A stretch of DNA of 64,000 nucleotides from NCBI RefSeq assembly GCF_006345805.1, contig NC_042997.1:30566001-30630000 (forward strand). The letters are read 5' to 3'. Under the pieces are notes generated by a model. The model worked only from the letters and a program-made list of their open reading frames with translations. It did not search any database and was not told the DNA's origin. The stretch is from Octopus sinensis (lineage: Eukaryota). The translations under genes and the position numbers were made by a program. This document shows, piece by piece, positions 39,172-52,152 of this stretch (positions within the stretch are counted from its first letter, which is position 1; every line of letters begins with the position of its first letter).

Positions 39172-39217
39172 CCACTAATCACGTGATTTCGACCTTCCTT
39201 GGTCTTGTCAATGATGG
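39172..39217 (-). ncRNA. Hammerhead-like motif with U3-A8 core, imperfect stem I
   Basis: CCATCA-TTGACAA-GACC(AAGGAA)GGTC-GAAA-TCACGTGA-TT-AGTGG. Confidence 0.55.
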
Positions 39218-39313
39218 ACGCTCGACTGCTGAGGCTCATTTCCTTGCTAGCAATATGTAGATTGACAGTGCTAGAACAGTTGCTGGTGTCACGATTAGCC
39301 AGTGAGTTTCTTC

Positions 39314-39315
<2 letters not shown>

Positions 39316-39354
<39 letters not shown>

Positions 39355-39402
39355 CTTTGAAATTTTTCAGCTTTAAAGCTGCGGTCATGCTAGGGCACCA
39401 CC

Positions 39403-39460
<58 letters not shown>

Positions 39461-40173
39461 AAACTGTGGTTCCCTAGAACATGCACGTACGTGCGGCGGT
39501 CTTCTTTCAGTTTCCGTCTGCCACATTCGGACCTATAGTTGGAGACATTTAATCCAAGGTTCCATCAATGGAACTGAACTCAAGACCACATGATTGAGAA
39601 GCAGTCTTTTTAACCACACAGCCATAACTACACCTGTTCCTGAAAAATAAAATATGGTATTAACATGACTGAAATACCTTTGCTCAAGCAGTGTTGACTG
39701 GAGCTAAAAACAACAGAAGCATACATATGTCGACCCGACTGTCGATATTCTAATATAACTTCAGGTAATACATTTCTGAATGACAATATAAGATCTAAAA
39801 AGAACCAGTTCATAATATGCTAGCAATCTACCATTTATATCACACAGATTGCGTGATTCATTCTGCAAAATTATATAAATACTATTGCCATGATACTGCT
39901 TTGTAGAACACAGCTTCTATCAAATAATATATATATGAAATAATATCAAAGATCTTTTGTCATGTAATCATAAACGAATCCATACCACCAGGAGATAAGT
40001 GTCAGATGTAAATACAAAAACAAATGAAAGAAATGTATCGACATTCGTGCGCTTATTACATTGCACTGATGTAGTTATCACTCTAATATTATATATATTA
40101 TATATATATTATATATATAATTCTTTGAAATTTTTCAGCTTTAAAGCTGCGGTCATGCTAGGGCACCACCGTT

Positions 40174-40206
<33 letters not shown>

Positions 40207-40858
40207 TATATATGTATAAACTGTGGTTCCCTAGAACATGCACGTACGTGCGGCGGTCTTCTTTCAGTTTCCGTCTGCCACATTCGGACCTATAGTTGGA
40301 GACATTTAATCCAAGGTTCCATCAATGGAACTGAACTCAAGACCACATGATTGAGAAGCAGTCTTTTTAACCACACAGCCATAACTACACCTGTTCCTGA
40401 AAAATAAAATATGGTATTAACATGACTGAAATACCTTTGCTCAAGCAGTGTTGACTGGAGCTAAAAACAACAGAAGCATACATATGTCGACCCGACTGTC
40501 GATATTCTAATATAACTTCAGGTAATACATTTCTGAATGACAATATAAGATCTAAAAAGAACCAGTTCATAATATGCTAGCAATCTACCATTTATATCAC
40601 ACAGATTGCGTGATTCATTCTGCAAAATTATATAAATACTATTGCCATGATACTGCTTTGTAGAACACAGCTTCTATCAAATAATATATATATGAAATAA
40701 TATCAAAGATCTTTTGTCATGTAATCATAAACGAATCCATACCACCAGGAGATAAGTGTCAGATGTAAATACAAAAACAAATGAAAGAAATGTATCGACA
40801 TTCGTGCGCTTATTACATTGCACTGATGTAGTTATCACTCTAATATTATATATATATA
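39316..40858. repeat. Near-perfect tandem duplication, unit about 760 bp
   Basis: Identical ORFs 39628-39813 and 40385-40570 (offset 757); breakpoints in (TA)n tracts. Confidence 0.95.
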
Positions 40859-41508
40859 CATAATGAAACTAGATCAATGTATACACAAAGCGATTTAGAT
40901 AATTTTCTATCTACATATATTCATTCGTCTGTCAAAAACATTACACACAAACACACTACTTATCTTTCCTGAACAACGTATACACAAATGTGATCTCCCA
41001 ATCAGCTCATACAGCTATTTTCTTGCCTCTATCCAACTATTTATCTCTCTCTCTCCATTGGCTCGGGAACTAGGTGTGCAAAGGGTGCAGATATACTCGC
41101 GATAATTTAAGCGGTGGTGGCGCAAGGAAAACGCTTTGAACATCCTCCTGGTAAACTGGGTTTGCATCCCCTAAGCAAATTTCGTTCCTGCACTTATTTC
41201 TCCCCCACCTCTTCCTCTCTCTCTCTCTCTCTCTCTTTCTCTGTTTCACTCTCACCCTCTCTCTCTCTCTCTCTCTCTCTCTTTCACTCTCACTCTCTCT
41301 CTCACACACACACATACATTTGTACAGTTTAACATCACACACTCACACAATGCGTTTCCGTTTATCAAGTTTAGTCACACGGTTTCGGTCTCCCCAGGGC
41401 CATGGTAAAAGTTATTTGCCCAAAGTGCCGCGCTGTGGGACTGAACCCAAGATCATGTAGTTGTGAAATGAACTTCTTAGCCACACAGTCATGCTTGTGC
41501 CGATAGAC

Positions 41509-41561
<53 letters not shown>

Positions 41562-41887
41562 TTATCTTTTCTACTCTAGGCACAAGGCCCGAAATTTTGG
41601 GGGAGGGGACCAGTCGATTAGATCGACCCCAGTACATAACTGGTACTTAAATTATCGATCCTGAAAGGCAAAGTCGACCTCGGCGTAATTTGAACTCAGA
41701 ACGAAAAGTCGCTCGGTATGCTAACGTTTCTTATTTCTTTATTGCCCACAATGGGCTAAACATAGAGGGGACAAACAAGGGGAGACAAAGGGATTAAGTC
41801 GAATACATCGACCTCAGTGCGTAACTGGTACTTAATTTATCGACCCCGAAAGGATGAAAGGCAAAGTCGACCTTGGCGGAATTTGGA
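41562..41887 (-). mobile_element. Two abutting SINE B copies
   Basis: Young tail CAATAAAGAAATAA joined to GAAACGTTAGC of a second copy. Confidence 0.8.
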
Positions 41888-42017
41888 TAGATAGATAGAT
41901 ATTATCAACAAATAGATACAGATATAATAAAGCGAGAGAACGGGGAGGGAAACATAGATATTATGCATGTTTGTGTACTATGTATTTCTATATCGATGGA
42001 TGTGTTTTCTAATTTAG

Positions 42018-42212
42018 TGTTCAAAATCTTGTGGCTACGGTGGTTTGCAAAGGAAAATCCTTCGATGCACGAGATATGACAGGAAAACAAATAGCCTGAC
42101 ACCAAAGCCGAACAAAAACTGCCAACATATTCCCAAACCGAAAATGATTCTAACAAGAAAATGTGCTCAACAAAATGAATGCAGCAAATGGACCGTATCG
42201 AGTTGGACACGT
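42018..42212 (+). CDS. ADAMTS exon: TSR5 (CSKSCGYGGLQRKILRC...CSKWTVSSWTR)
   Basis: Acceptor ctaatttag, donor gtaagt; 195 nt, phase 0-0. Confidence 0.95.
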
Positions 42213-42911
42213 GTAAGTACACTACTAAATATTATTATTGTAATGAGCTTATAATTTGCTTGGTTGTTTTTGTCTTGGCAGATAACTTCGCGTGGAGATC
42301 AGATTATATGCTAAATTTAATATTCAGGTGCTTAAATACATTTATACCTTACGTATGTGCGTGCGAATGTGCGTGCTGACGTGCGTATCTGAGGCATTCA
42401 GCTGAGAAGTATTCCGCTTGACACGAGGGTTTATCTGAGATTAAGGGGTGAAAAAAAAAACCCAATATTAGAAGTTTAGAAGCTGTTGTTTTTGTTATTG
42501 TGGTTTAACCCCTGCTGTTCCGCTCAAGCAGATTTGTGTTTAAGTTTATTCCAACTATGATCGCCTCATTTTATTATTAGGCATAGTTCCTCCGAAACGA
42601 TGTGCTCCAGGATGATGTGTTTCTCTCTCTTTCTTTTAAAGCCGGTAAGATCAAATTAGAGGGAAATTTAACTGCTATTTCTGACTGATCGGACGATCGT
42701 TGGGAGGTTCTTTGTTGTAGTTCTTGTTGCGGTGATAGTGATGGTCAGTAAATGGCGAAACCTCCAAGTTGAGCTCACAAGGAGAGTTGAAGTTAATACT
42801 GAGAGATAATCCTTTCTATTATAGACTATATGCACTTAACAGGCTATAAAATAATATTTCGCTTAAGTTATATATTCCGATTGACATGCAGTTTGGAAAA
42901 GCGGGGACGAC

Positions 42912-42967
<56 letters not shown>

Positions 42968-42969
<2 letters not shown>

Positions 42970-43370
42970 TCTTTTACTTGTTTCAGTCATTTGACTGCGG
43001 CCATGCTGGAGCACCACCTTTAGTCGAGCAAATCGACCCCAGGACTTATTCTTTGTAAGCCTAGTACTTATTCTAATCGGTCTCTTTTGCCGAACCGCTA
43101 AGTAACGGGGACGTAAACACACCACCATCGGTTGTCAAGCGATGTTGGAGGGACAAACACAGACACACAAACATACACACACATACATACATATATATAT
43201 ATATACACGACGGGCTTCTTTCAGTTTCCGTCTACCAAATCCACTCACAAGGATTTGGTCGGCCCGAGGCTATAGTAGAAGACACTTGCCCAAGGTGCCA
43301 CGCAGTGGGAATGAACCCGAAACCATGTGGTTGGCAAGCAAGCTACTTACCACACAGCCACTCCTGCGCC
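42968..43370 (-). mobile_element. SINE family A, full length
   Basis: Same head and tail. Confidence 0.9.
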
Positions 43371-43423
<53 letters not shown>

Positions 43424-43896
43424 TAGTTTAAAGGTGTGCATGAGTATGTTTTGTTATGTCGTTTATTCTCATAAAAGAGACATCAGACATGATCAACGGC
43501 ATCCCAGTTGTGACCATCTCTTCTTTTCAGTAAATCAGGGATACAGCCAAGACCGTCTTTGCATCATAAGCTCCTACATATACAACCACAGTATATATAG
43601 ATTAGCATGGGGTCTGGAGGCACCTAAGATCGTAGAGATCCCAGGCAGCTGCCCAGCAGGCCCATGTTTTAACACTTTCGTTATTTCATTTCTGTTGAAA
43701 TACAATGCCTTTGTTTTAATTAATTTTGAAAATAATGAAGAATTTAGTAAAATAATCAAGTCCTTATTTAGCTGGTATTTGCAATAAACTGTATTTCATG
43801 ACATAAAAGATCCACGGCCATATTAGCCGCGCTTCCAATTTCAACAGCGCAGATTCAGGGAAAAGGTGTTGGTACGTTAAATCATGTACTTATTAA

Positions 43897-44130
43897 TTAT
43901 TTCTTTATTGCCCACAAGGGGCTAAACATAGAGGGGACAAACAAAGACAAACAAACGGATTAAGTTGATTCCATCGGCGCCAGTGCGTAACTGGTACTTA
44001 ATTTATCGACCCCGGAAGGATGAAAGGCAAAGTCAACCTCGGTGGAATTTGAACTCAGAACGTAACGGCAGACGAAATACTGCCAGGCATTTCACCCGGC
44101 ACGCTAACGTTTCTGCCAGCTCGCCGCCTT
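43897..44130 (-). mobile_element. Young full-length SINE B
   Basis: 17-bp TSD AATCATGTACTTATTAA at 43880-43896 and 44131-44147. Confidence 0.92.
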
Positions 44131-44973
44131 AATCATGTACTTATTAAAGCAATCTAGTACGACATTGCAAAGGTACCTTAGCTATATGGACTTAGGCTAG
44201 ATAAAAGAGACCGTCTGGATTAAAATTAGCCCATGGTAGTGAGCGTCAGGGGCAAAATTAGCTTATAGGAGGCCCAACTTGGCATACAGGACTCGGAGTA
44301 ATCTTTTGGAACATTATTTTTTGTTTTGGTTTTTGAGTCATTAAATACGGCAAATCAACATGAAATTTTGACGGTATGTTTTAATTAAGATAATTTTAAA
44401 CAGGAAATTTGTACCATAGAACCAGTGGGGTTCTCAGACGGGTTGTTATCAAAAGGATAAGATGGTGTTGAATATAATCTACGATAGCTTTTTTTTTTCT
44501 TTTCTTTTCAAGAGCAGTACTGATTTCCTTTGCGTGATATGTGAGCAAATCATGGGCGTTAAATGCTGAAAATGAAAAACCAGATCATGGCTTGCGTAAT
44601 GAAATGTTATAAAGAAAAAAACGCTTTGCATTCCACGTACAGAATATCGAACTAACACACGAGAGTGCTGGGAAAGAATTTGATGACAGATTGTGAGCCA
44701 CTAAACTCTTCTGTCAATTGTTAAACGGCAGAAAATAGAGTAGCTTGGTCATATAACATGACACCATCACACCCTGCTTCTAGCGAATACGATCAGTCAT
44801 GGACAAAGCCCAGTGTGTAACGAGTTCAGACTACCTCCATCTACTTCGCCTTACCTTCTTGGTAACTTGAAGTCAGGTTCAGGTTACCGAGAGGGGGAAG
44901 GAAATCGATTTCAAATTACGCCTGCTTAGTAGCTGGAAGATAATTTCTACAACTAGTACTGCTGCTACTGCTG

Positions 44974-45015
<42 letters not shown>

Positions 45016-45300
45016 TGACCACCACTACCCACTTATCCAGCCACAATCACTACGACGATCACTATTGCTATTATTACGATTACTGACTACGACTGCTGCA
45101 ACCACTATCACAAGCAACCATCACAACTGCCACTAACTACAACTAAGACCACCAATACTACTACAGATACTACTATCACCATCCTCACCCCCTCCTACTT
45201 CTACAAGGACCATCACAACCACCATCAGAGCTGCTACTGCTACTGTTAGTAGCACTACTACTCTCAAGATATTTATTGTATTACATCCCTGCTGTAAAGC

Positions 45301-45346
<46 letters not shown>

Positions 45347-45589
45347 ATGGTGGTGGTGGTGGTGGTGGTGGTAGAGCAAGGATTAAATGAAACCAAGTTT
45401 AGGTTAACACACATGGATGGGGTAATATGATAACTGGGACGGGGGTAACTCGAAATGAAGAGTAACTCGAAAGCTCTACGCCGGCCAAAGATATGTACGC
45501 GGACTACCAAAGCTGATTGAGCAATATCAAGCAATGGGATGGGAGGAATTTGGCGGAAGAACATGAAATCAACTGATGGTGGAAAGAGG

Positions 45590-45975
45590 TTATAACTATT
45601 TTTTGTGAACCAAATGCTTCTCTTCGCTGTAGAACAGTCACAGTAAAACTACGGCCCACGTGAATTCTTAAATCGAACACCAAACGAAAATTGAACGGTT
45701 TTTTTATCGCTCTCTGTACATGTCCTCAGATTGACACCCAAACACTCTGAAATGTTCGTAATTGGAGCTACCGGCGCGAATGCCAAGCAGTACAGCATGT
45801 CGTTCCCAAATTTCTGGTAGAGTGAACAGCGTCATGGTGCTGTTTTTCTCACAGACGGTGTCCAACTGGCCCTACTATACTGTGTAGTCGACAAAGTCAA
45901 AAATAAACAATGTGTATTCGCGAAATAAAAAAAACATAAAATGGCGGCAATTTACTCATTGGACCCTTTATATGA
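45590..45975 (-). mobile_element. Tc1/mariner-like 5' remnant
   Basis: MTLFTLPEIWERHAVLLGIRAG.. N-terminal fragment next to a TIR-like end. Confidence 0.45.
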
Positions 45976-46228
45976 ATTTGTACGTATAGATATGTAATTA
46001 TTTGTATATATGTAAGTATGAATATAAAGTGCAGCCTGTCTAATGATGGGCCATCTCTTATGTGCCTTGAAAAAGGTTGACTCTACCTGCTATAGAATTT
46101 TGTATTGGTTTCTCCTGCGTTATTTGATTAAAAGACTTATATAAGAATATATGTATATATTTGAATGTGTCTTTTCACTTGTAATGACATGTGTAATTCT
46201 AATCAATTATACTTTCTTTCGTAAATAG

Positions 46229-46379
46229 TGCAGCCAATCATGCGGTATGTATGGTGTTCAAACTCGGGCTGTGAAGTGTGTTGTTAATGAACATTGGCAA
46301 GTCAATCCGCTCCGTTGTCGACAGTCGCAAAAACCACAGACCAAACAACGATGTAATACTTTTGCATGTCCAACTGCAA
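46229..46379 (+). CDS. ADAMTS exon: TSR6 (CSQSCGMYGVQTRAVKC...CNTFACPTA)
   Basis: Acceptor cgtaaatag, donor gtgagt; phase 0-1. Confidence 0.95.
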
Positions 46380-46949
46380 GTGAGTACTGGTTCTGATAGT
46401 TATAATATATGAATTTTTATTTCATTTATTTGTTTGGTGAACAAAGACATCGTTGATTGTAAGTCTGCATTGGGACAAACGTTGACATCATTTCTAACGG
46501 TAGCAGTAACAAGAAAGTGTTTCTAGCTATATACAGAACAATATTGCAAGGAACTTTGTTCAAGAAAGGGTTGGTTATTTGGAGGATTTTTTCTCCGGTA
46601 CCGCCGAAAGATATATGAGCGTCACCCAAACACACACGCACCTAATAGAAGATATGAAGATTTTTATGTAAGCGCTTTCGATTACCATCAGACCTTGAAA
46701 CATGTATAAACAAATGTTGTTTTTCTTAGGTTCTTATCGTTACAGTAATTGTATTCAGAAGAATTTTCCTGTGTTTCCGGTTTAGTTTCAGTTAAAAAGC
46801 TTTATTAAATATTCTTCTCTTGCTTTCGTAATTGTTCATTTCCTTTTATCTTAAAAACGGCAAATTATTAAATTTTCTCCTTTCTACAGATGTGCGTGTG
46901 TGTGTGTATGTGTGTGCACAATATGGACCGTTCCTAAAAATTGATCCTT

Positions 46950-48300
46950 GATTTGTTGTTTATGTGTCCTGACTCTGTTTACAGTTTTTTCCCCTTTTTG
47001 ATCGATATAGTTCTCATTACATTGTGGACATGTAATGCAATAAATTAGAGATTTCGTTTTGCTATTCGTATTTACATTAATTTTTCAACAATTTCCTGCT
47101 TTGTGTAACTATGTTTTTGATATCATCTAAGATTTTGCCCTGTTCATTCAAATTGCATGTTTTGCAACGAAGTTTGTTACATTTCGTAACTCGTGCTTCT
47201 ACTTCCCGTAGAAATATAATCTTTGTCAAAGAGTCTTTTAAGATTAGTTTGTTGTGCTCCACTGTTCATGATTTGAAACTTTTTAATAGGTTCACTTGGA
47301 TTTGAGAACTAGAATACAATTAGAAAGCGTTGTTTTGCGAAATGTAAGATATCGTGATTTCTACAATTATGGGTAACTAAAATCGAAATTTTTAGTTGAG
47401 TTCTCTTCCTCATTGTGAAAATTTCTTAACAAGCCAAGGATCGGCATTTGTTTTGCTTTGCTTATGGCCTTTAATTAAATCTTTCTGATGTTTTTCCTGT
47501 TGTCTATTTCATCTAACTGAATTTGTAACTATTGTAGAGAAACGTCTTGCCATATTAAGTGTAACGTTTCTTTTAGTCTGTGATATATGACAAGTTATAA
47601 ACCTTAATTAATGGAATGTGTCCGTTTCCTTACAATAAAGATCATGTTATAATAACCCCATTTTTGTTAATTATTAGAATGTCTAAAAATGAAAGTTCAC
47701 TTCTATTCATTTCTATTGTGAATATTATTATTAATTCTTGAAATTTTATAAGATCTTTCTTATTTGTATTTCAAAATATGTAAGTCAACAAGGAATATTT
47801 TCCAATTTTGTTTTAAGTAGGTTTTGAAATTCTGAACTTAAATAATTTCAGATTGGATATATTTATTTCTTCTAAGTATCTCATTATATTGCAAAATTCG
47901 GCGCGGCTACTGCATCCATTGCCATCCCTTTTATTAGAAGACAATCTTGAAGGGAAAAAGTCGTTGCTTTCTAGCATCAATTGTATTCCTTCTAATACGA
48001 TTTTTAAGAATCTCTCCTAAATTGTATGTAGCCATTTTGTCTATCCAGAATTCCATTGCCTCCAATCTTAATTCATACAAGATATTTGCACAGAGCCTAG
48101 TCACATCAAAACTAACAATGATTGTCACTACACTTACGCTTTCTGGAATGTTATTTAAAAAGTTCATGTCCTCTCTGATGAAATTAGGAAACAATTTGCA
48201 TTATGATTTCAGTATGATGTTGGCACTTAATGGTGGTTGTGCAACACGCGCGTAATTTTAAATCTGATGACTTAAGAACCTTCATATATGATGCAAGAAG
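46950..48300 (-). mobile_element. Decayed Penelope-like reverse transcriptase
   Basis: FIREDMNFLNNIPE..IIVSFDVTRLCANI..LEAMEFWIDK, GMAMDAVAAPNFA, and the KCNKLRCKTC linker motif. Confidence 0.8.
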
Positions 48301-48910
48301 GACTTTCGAGAGTGCATGTCTGTTTCAGTGTCTCAATTCCGCAATTGTTCACAGTAATCTTGCTTCTGTCGAAAAATATTATCATATCCTTGAGGTAAAT
48401 TCATTTCTTATAGTCATCCTACTATACTTGTTATCTCTGAGAAAACTAAAAATTTACTGAGTAAAATATCGCCTTTTACTTTGCGATGTCTAAATGTAGC
48501 TAAAAGGTAAAACGATACATGAGAAGAATATGTAATTCGGGCAAATCCAAATCGTCGTTGTAAGTAATGTAACAATACTCAACATGCACAAGATCACAAG
48601 ATCATGACAATTTTGGAGAGATGTTGTGTTTAAAAGACCTCTGCAGTTAACTGGCACTTTGCTTTATCGATTCCAGTAGGAAAAGGGACAAACATTTCTC
48701 TTATTAAATTATGACTGCTAAATTAGAGAGGTCTTAAATTTGGCAGTGAGTTGAGAGTCAACCGTCTCCAAACAATACTCTTCATAAATAGTGTTATTTT
48801 ATGTTTTAAGTTGCATTTGGTTTTGTTTCAATTTTCAATTTCTTTTCTTGTTTTTTATGGGAGGGGTTTGGTTTTTTGTTTGTTTTTTCATCATCTTCCT
48901 TTATTTTCAG

Positions 48911-49032
48911 GTCTCGAATCATCTTGCACAGATGTGATGGGCTGGTGCTACGTGGCTGTGGCCAGGAATATGTGTGAGAGTCCGTTGATCAAGAAACGTT
49001 GTTGCAAGTCGTGTTCGACGAGAGAACAGTAA
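48911..49032 (+). CDS. ADAMTS terminal coding exon: PLAC domain (LESSCTDVMGWCYVAVARNMCESPLIKKRCCKSCSTREQ*)
   Basis: Acceptor ttattttcag; C-D...C........C........CC-SC six-cysteine PLAC pattern; TAA at 49030-49032. Confidence 0.95.
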
Positions 49033-49267
49033 GTGTTGCCTGATGCAAATGGCGACGGATTCAATATGGTAAGAAGATTGAAAAGTATGGAAAAAGAAAG
49101 AAAACAATTGACAGAAAACTCTGAAGGAAAAAGAAAGATAACGGAGGATGAAAAAGGCATAGGCTAACACAGGTTAAAAAGAAAGGGAAAATGTTGGATA
49201 AAAACAGAAAATGGTTTAACAGAAAAGTCGAGGAAAAGGATTACCAATGAATTATTTGACAAATAAG

Positions 49268-49344
<77 letters not shown>

Positions 49345-50275
49345 GACGGCAAGTTGTCAGGAGTACAGACGGCTTACTTTTAAAAACAATTTATCATATA
49401 TATGGATATATGGATTTGCTGGAGGTTATCAAGTACGAATGAAATGATGTACATTAAAAACTGAATCCAGCATGACTCAAGAGAAAAGTAAAAGGTAATA
49501 AAAAAGAAAGAGTTGAGTGGGTAAGGACCAGGGAGGGTGTTTGAAATGAGGCAGGTGAAAAAAAGAGGTGGGATGAGTTGATTATTGATGAGACGAGTGA
49601 TAGAAAAAGGGAAAGCAATAAGCATAAAAGGGAATGATAAATGTATCATAAACATTAATTAATCATATCGTTAATTGTCATGTGGTAATTAACTAATGAT
49701 TTCATTGATTGATTGATTTGTTCATTCATTGGCTGGTTGACTTTGTTGGTTCATTTGGTAATACTGACTGACATTCTTGTAACCACATAAATAGCCAATA
49801 TGAAATGTTGGAACTGTGAGTGACAGCAAATATCGCAAGAGGAGTGAATGGAAAAAGAGAATCAATGAAGAACTGAAAAAAAATTCACACACACACATAT
49901 TTGTGCACACATTCGTTCAAATATAAAATATGTTTGGTTTTACAAACGGAAAAAAAAAGAGAACTCAATATGTAAAGCAAAAAATATATATATAATTTTT
50001 TATCATCATCATTATTATTATTATTATTAGCTGAGAATACTCCAAGAGTTACTCAGGGACCTTGACTTCCGTGAGAAATCACTTTTCAAAATTGAGATTG
50101 AAAGAAACGAGAGATGTATTTACCGATTTTATCATATATAAATCGATAAAATGTTCTACGTAATACCGTTATCGATATGTTATTTGAGGACATAAATTTG
50201 AGAATTTACCGATATTAGAAGGTTGTAAACATGAAATGATATACTAATATGTCTGTCTGTGGTAGAAAATTTACT

Positions 50276-50310
<35 letters not shown>

Positions 50311-50327
50311 ACACATGCACACACACA

Positions 50328-50550
50328 TACTCTTTTACTTGTTTCAGTCATTTGACTGCGGCCATGCTGGAGCACCGCTTTTTAGTCGAGCAAATCGACC
50401 CCGGGACTTATTCTTTTGTAAGCCCAGTACTTATTCTATCGGACTCTTTTGCCGAACCGCTAAGTGATGGGGACGTAAATACACCAGGATCGGTTGCCAA
50501 GCAATGCTAGGGGGCCAAGCACAGACACACAAACACACACAAACACACAC

Positions 50551-50589
<39 letters not shown>

Positions 50590-50752
50590 CGACAGGCTTC
50601 TTTCAGTTTCTGTCTACCAAATCCACTCACAAGGCATTGGTCGGCCCGAGGCTATAGCAGAAGACACTTGCCCAAGATGCCACGCAGTGGGACTGAACCC
50701 GGAACCATGTGGTTGGTAAACAAGCTACTTACCACACAGCCACTCCTGCGCC
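50328..50752 (-). mobile_element. SINE family A, full length
   Basis: Same head and tail. Confidence 0.9.
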
Positions 50753-51081
50753 TATTCATGAGCATTACATAACTGCCTTCTCATTCTAGTGCGCACACGT
50801 GTATTTGAATAAATAAATGATAGAATATACTTGTACACTCACACATATATACCCACCTATGTGTATACACATACACACACACCTGTCTACTGAAATCAAA
50901 AATATGCAAACACGAAAATATAAACATATTTACACACATTCCACACTTACAAACATATGCATGCATACACACGCACATGCACACACACACACATCCAGGG
51001 ACATATTACCATATGACTAAATACCTGTACACATTCACAAACGCTCTGACATTCAGTAAAGGGGAGTTCAACATATACCTC

Positions 51082-51135
<54 letters not shown>

Positions 51136-51922
51136 CAGAAACGTACGTGTATGTATGTACGTACTTGCACAAACATTTATGTATACACGTACATACTAAC
51201 TTATTAATTCATTTCATACGTGCATTCAGCCACACATGGTTACACATAGTCACAAACACAAGTGCGAACATCTACAAGCTTGTCATCTTGTTTTAAACGA
51301 TACCTCCAACATGCCCATTTTTTAATGCATATTTAAAATATAAAAATCGTACACAGAAGTAAATACATATAAAAGTAGTAATGTTTGATACAGGTTGAAG
51401 AGGAAGGAGGAAAAGGAGACAGTAAGAGTAGTACGAGAAAAAGGATGAAATGAAGAAGAGACGGAGAATATACGTCGTGGATCTCAAGAGCATGTAACGA
51501 AAAGAGTGCGTGTAGTGGTGGGGGTGGAGAAACCATGTATCAGTAAGGGAATGTAGACATTGGCGAAAATTGCTACTCTTCAAACGATGTCCACCGAGTT
51601 ATAAGACGGTCTCGTGTCACGCTCGCTATCACTGCGAACTAGTGATTGGCTGGTTAGAATCTTCTGACCAATGACGTTAATGTCCACAACGCGCGATATA
51701 AAATAAACAGCTAAAATAAAATTAATCAAAATTCAATTTTATAGCAAGGTTCTTTTGTATCTATTCCTTAGGGAACAATATACTTACTCTATCAATTGCA
51801 GGAATGTTACCCGGAAAATATACTCTTGTGCTCTTGTCCGGCGGTGTTTTACCTCTTTGTATATATCACGTATCTATGTCGATCATCTTTACAATATATC
51901 TAGACCTACTTTTCATTGTGTG

Positions 51923-52152
51923 GAGACGCACGGTTCAGTGGTTAGGGGGTGTTCGACTCATGGCCGTAATATTGTAGTTTCGATTCCTGGACTGAGCAAC
52001 GTTTTGTGTTCTTGAGCAAAACACTTCATTTCACATTGCTCCAGTCCTCTCAGCTGGTAAAAATTAGTAATCCTGCGATGGACCGGCATCCCATCAAAGA
52101 GGAGGTAGGGGGAATATATACACCAGAGAAACCAGGAAACCGGCCCTATGCC
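51923..52152 (+). mobile_element. SINE family D (CORE-like plus V-like domains)
   Basis: TTCTTGAGCAAAACACTTCATTTCAC..CTGCGATGGACCGGCATCCCATC. Confidence 0.75.

Noticed and set aside
46665-46710. CTGATGG..GAAAGCGC hammerhead-like string
   Set aside because: No stem II or stem I pairing
49497-49502. AATAAA as the ADAMTS poly(A) signal
   Set aside because: Lies in an A-rich tract with several alternative hexamers downstream; cannot be chosen without 3'-end data
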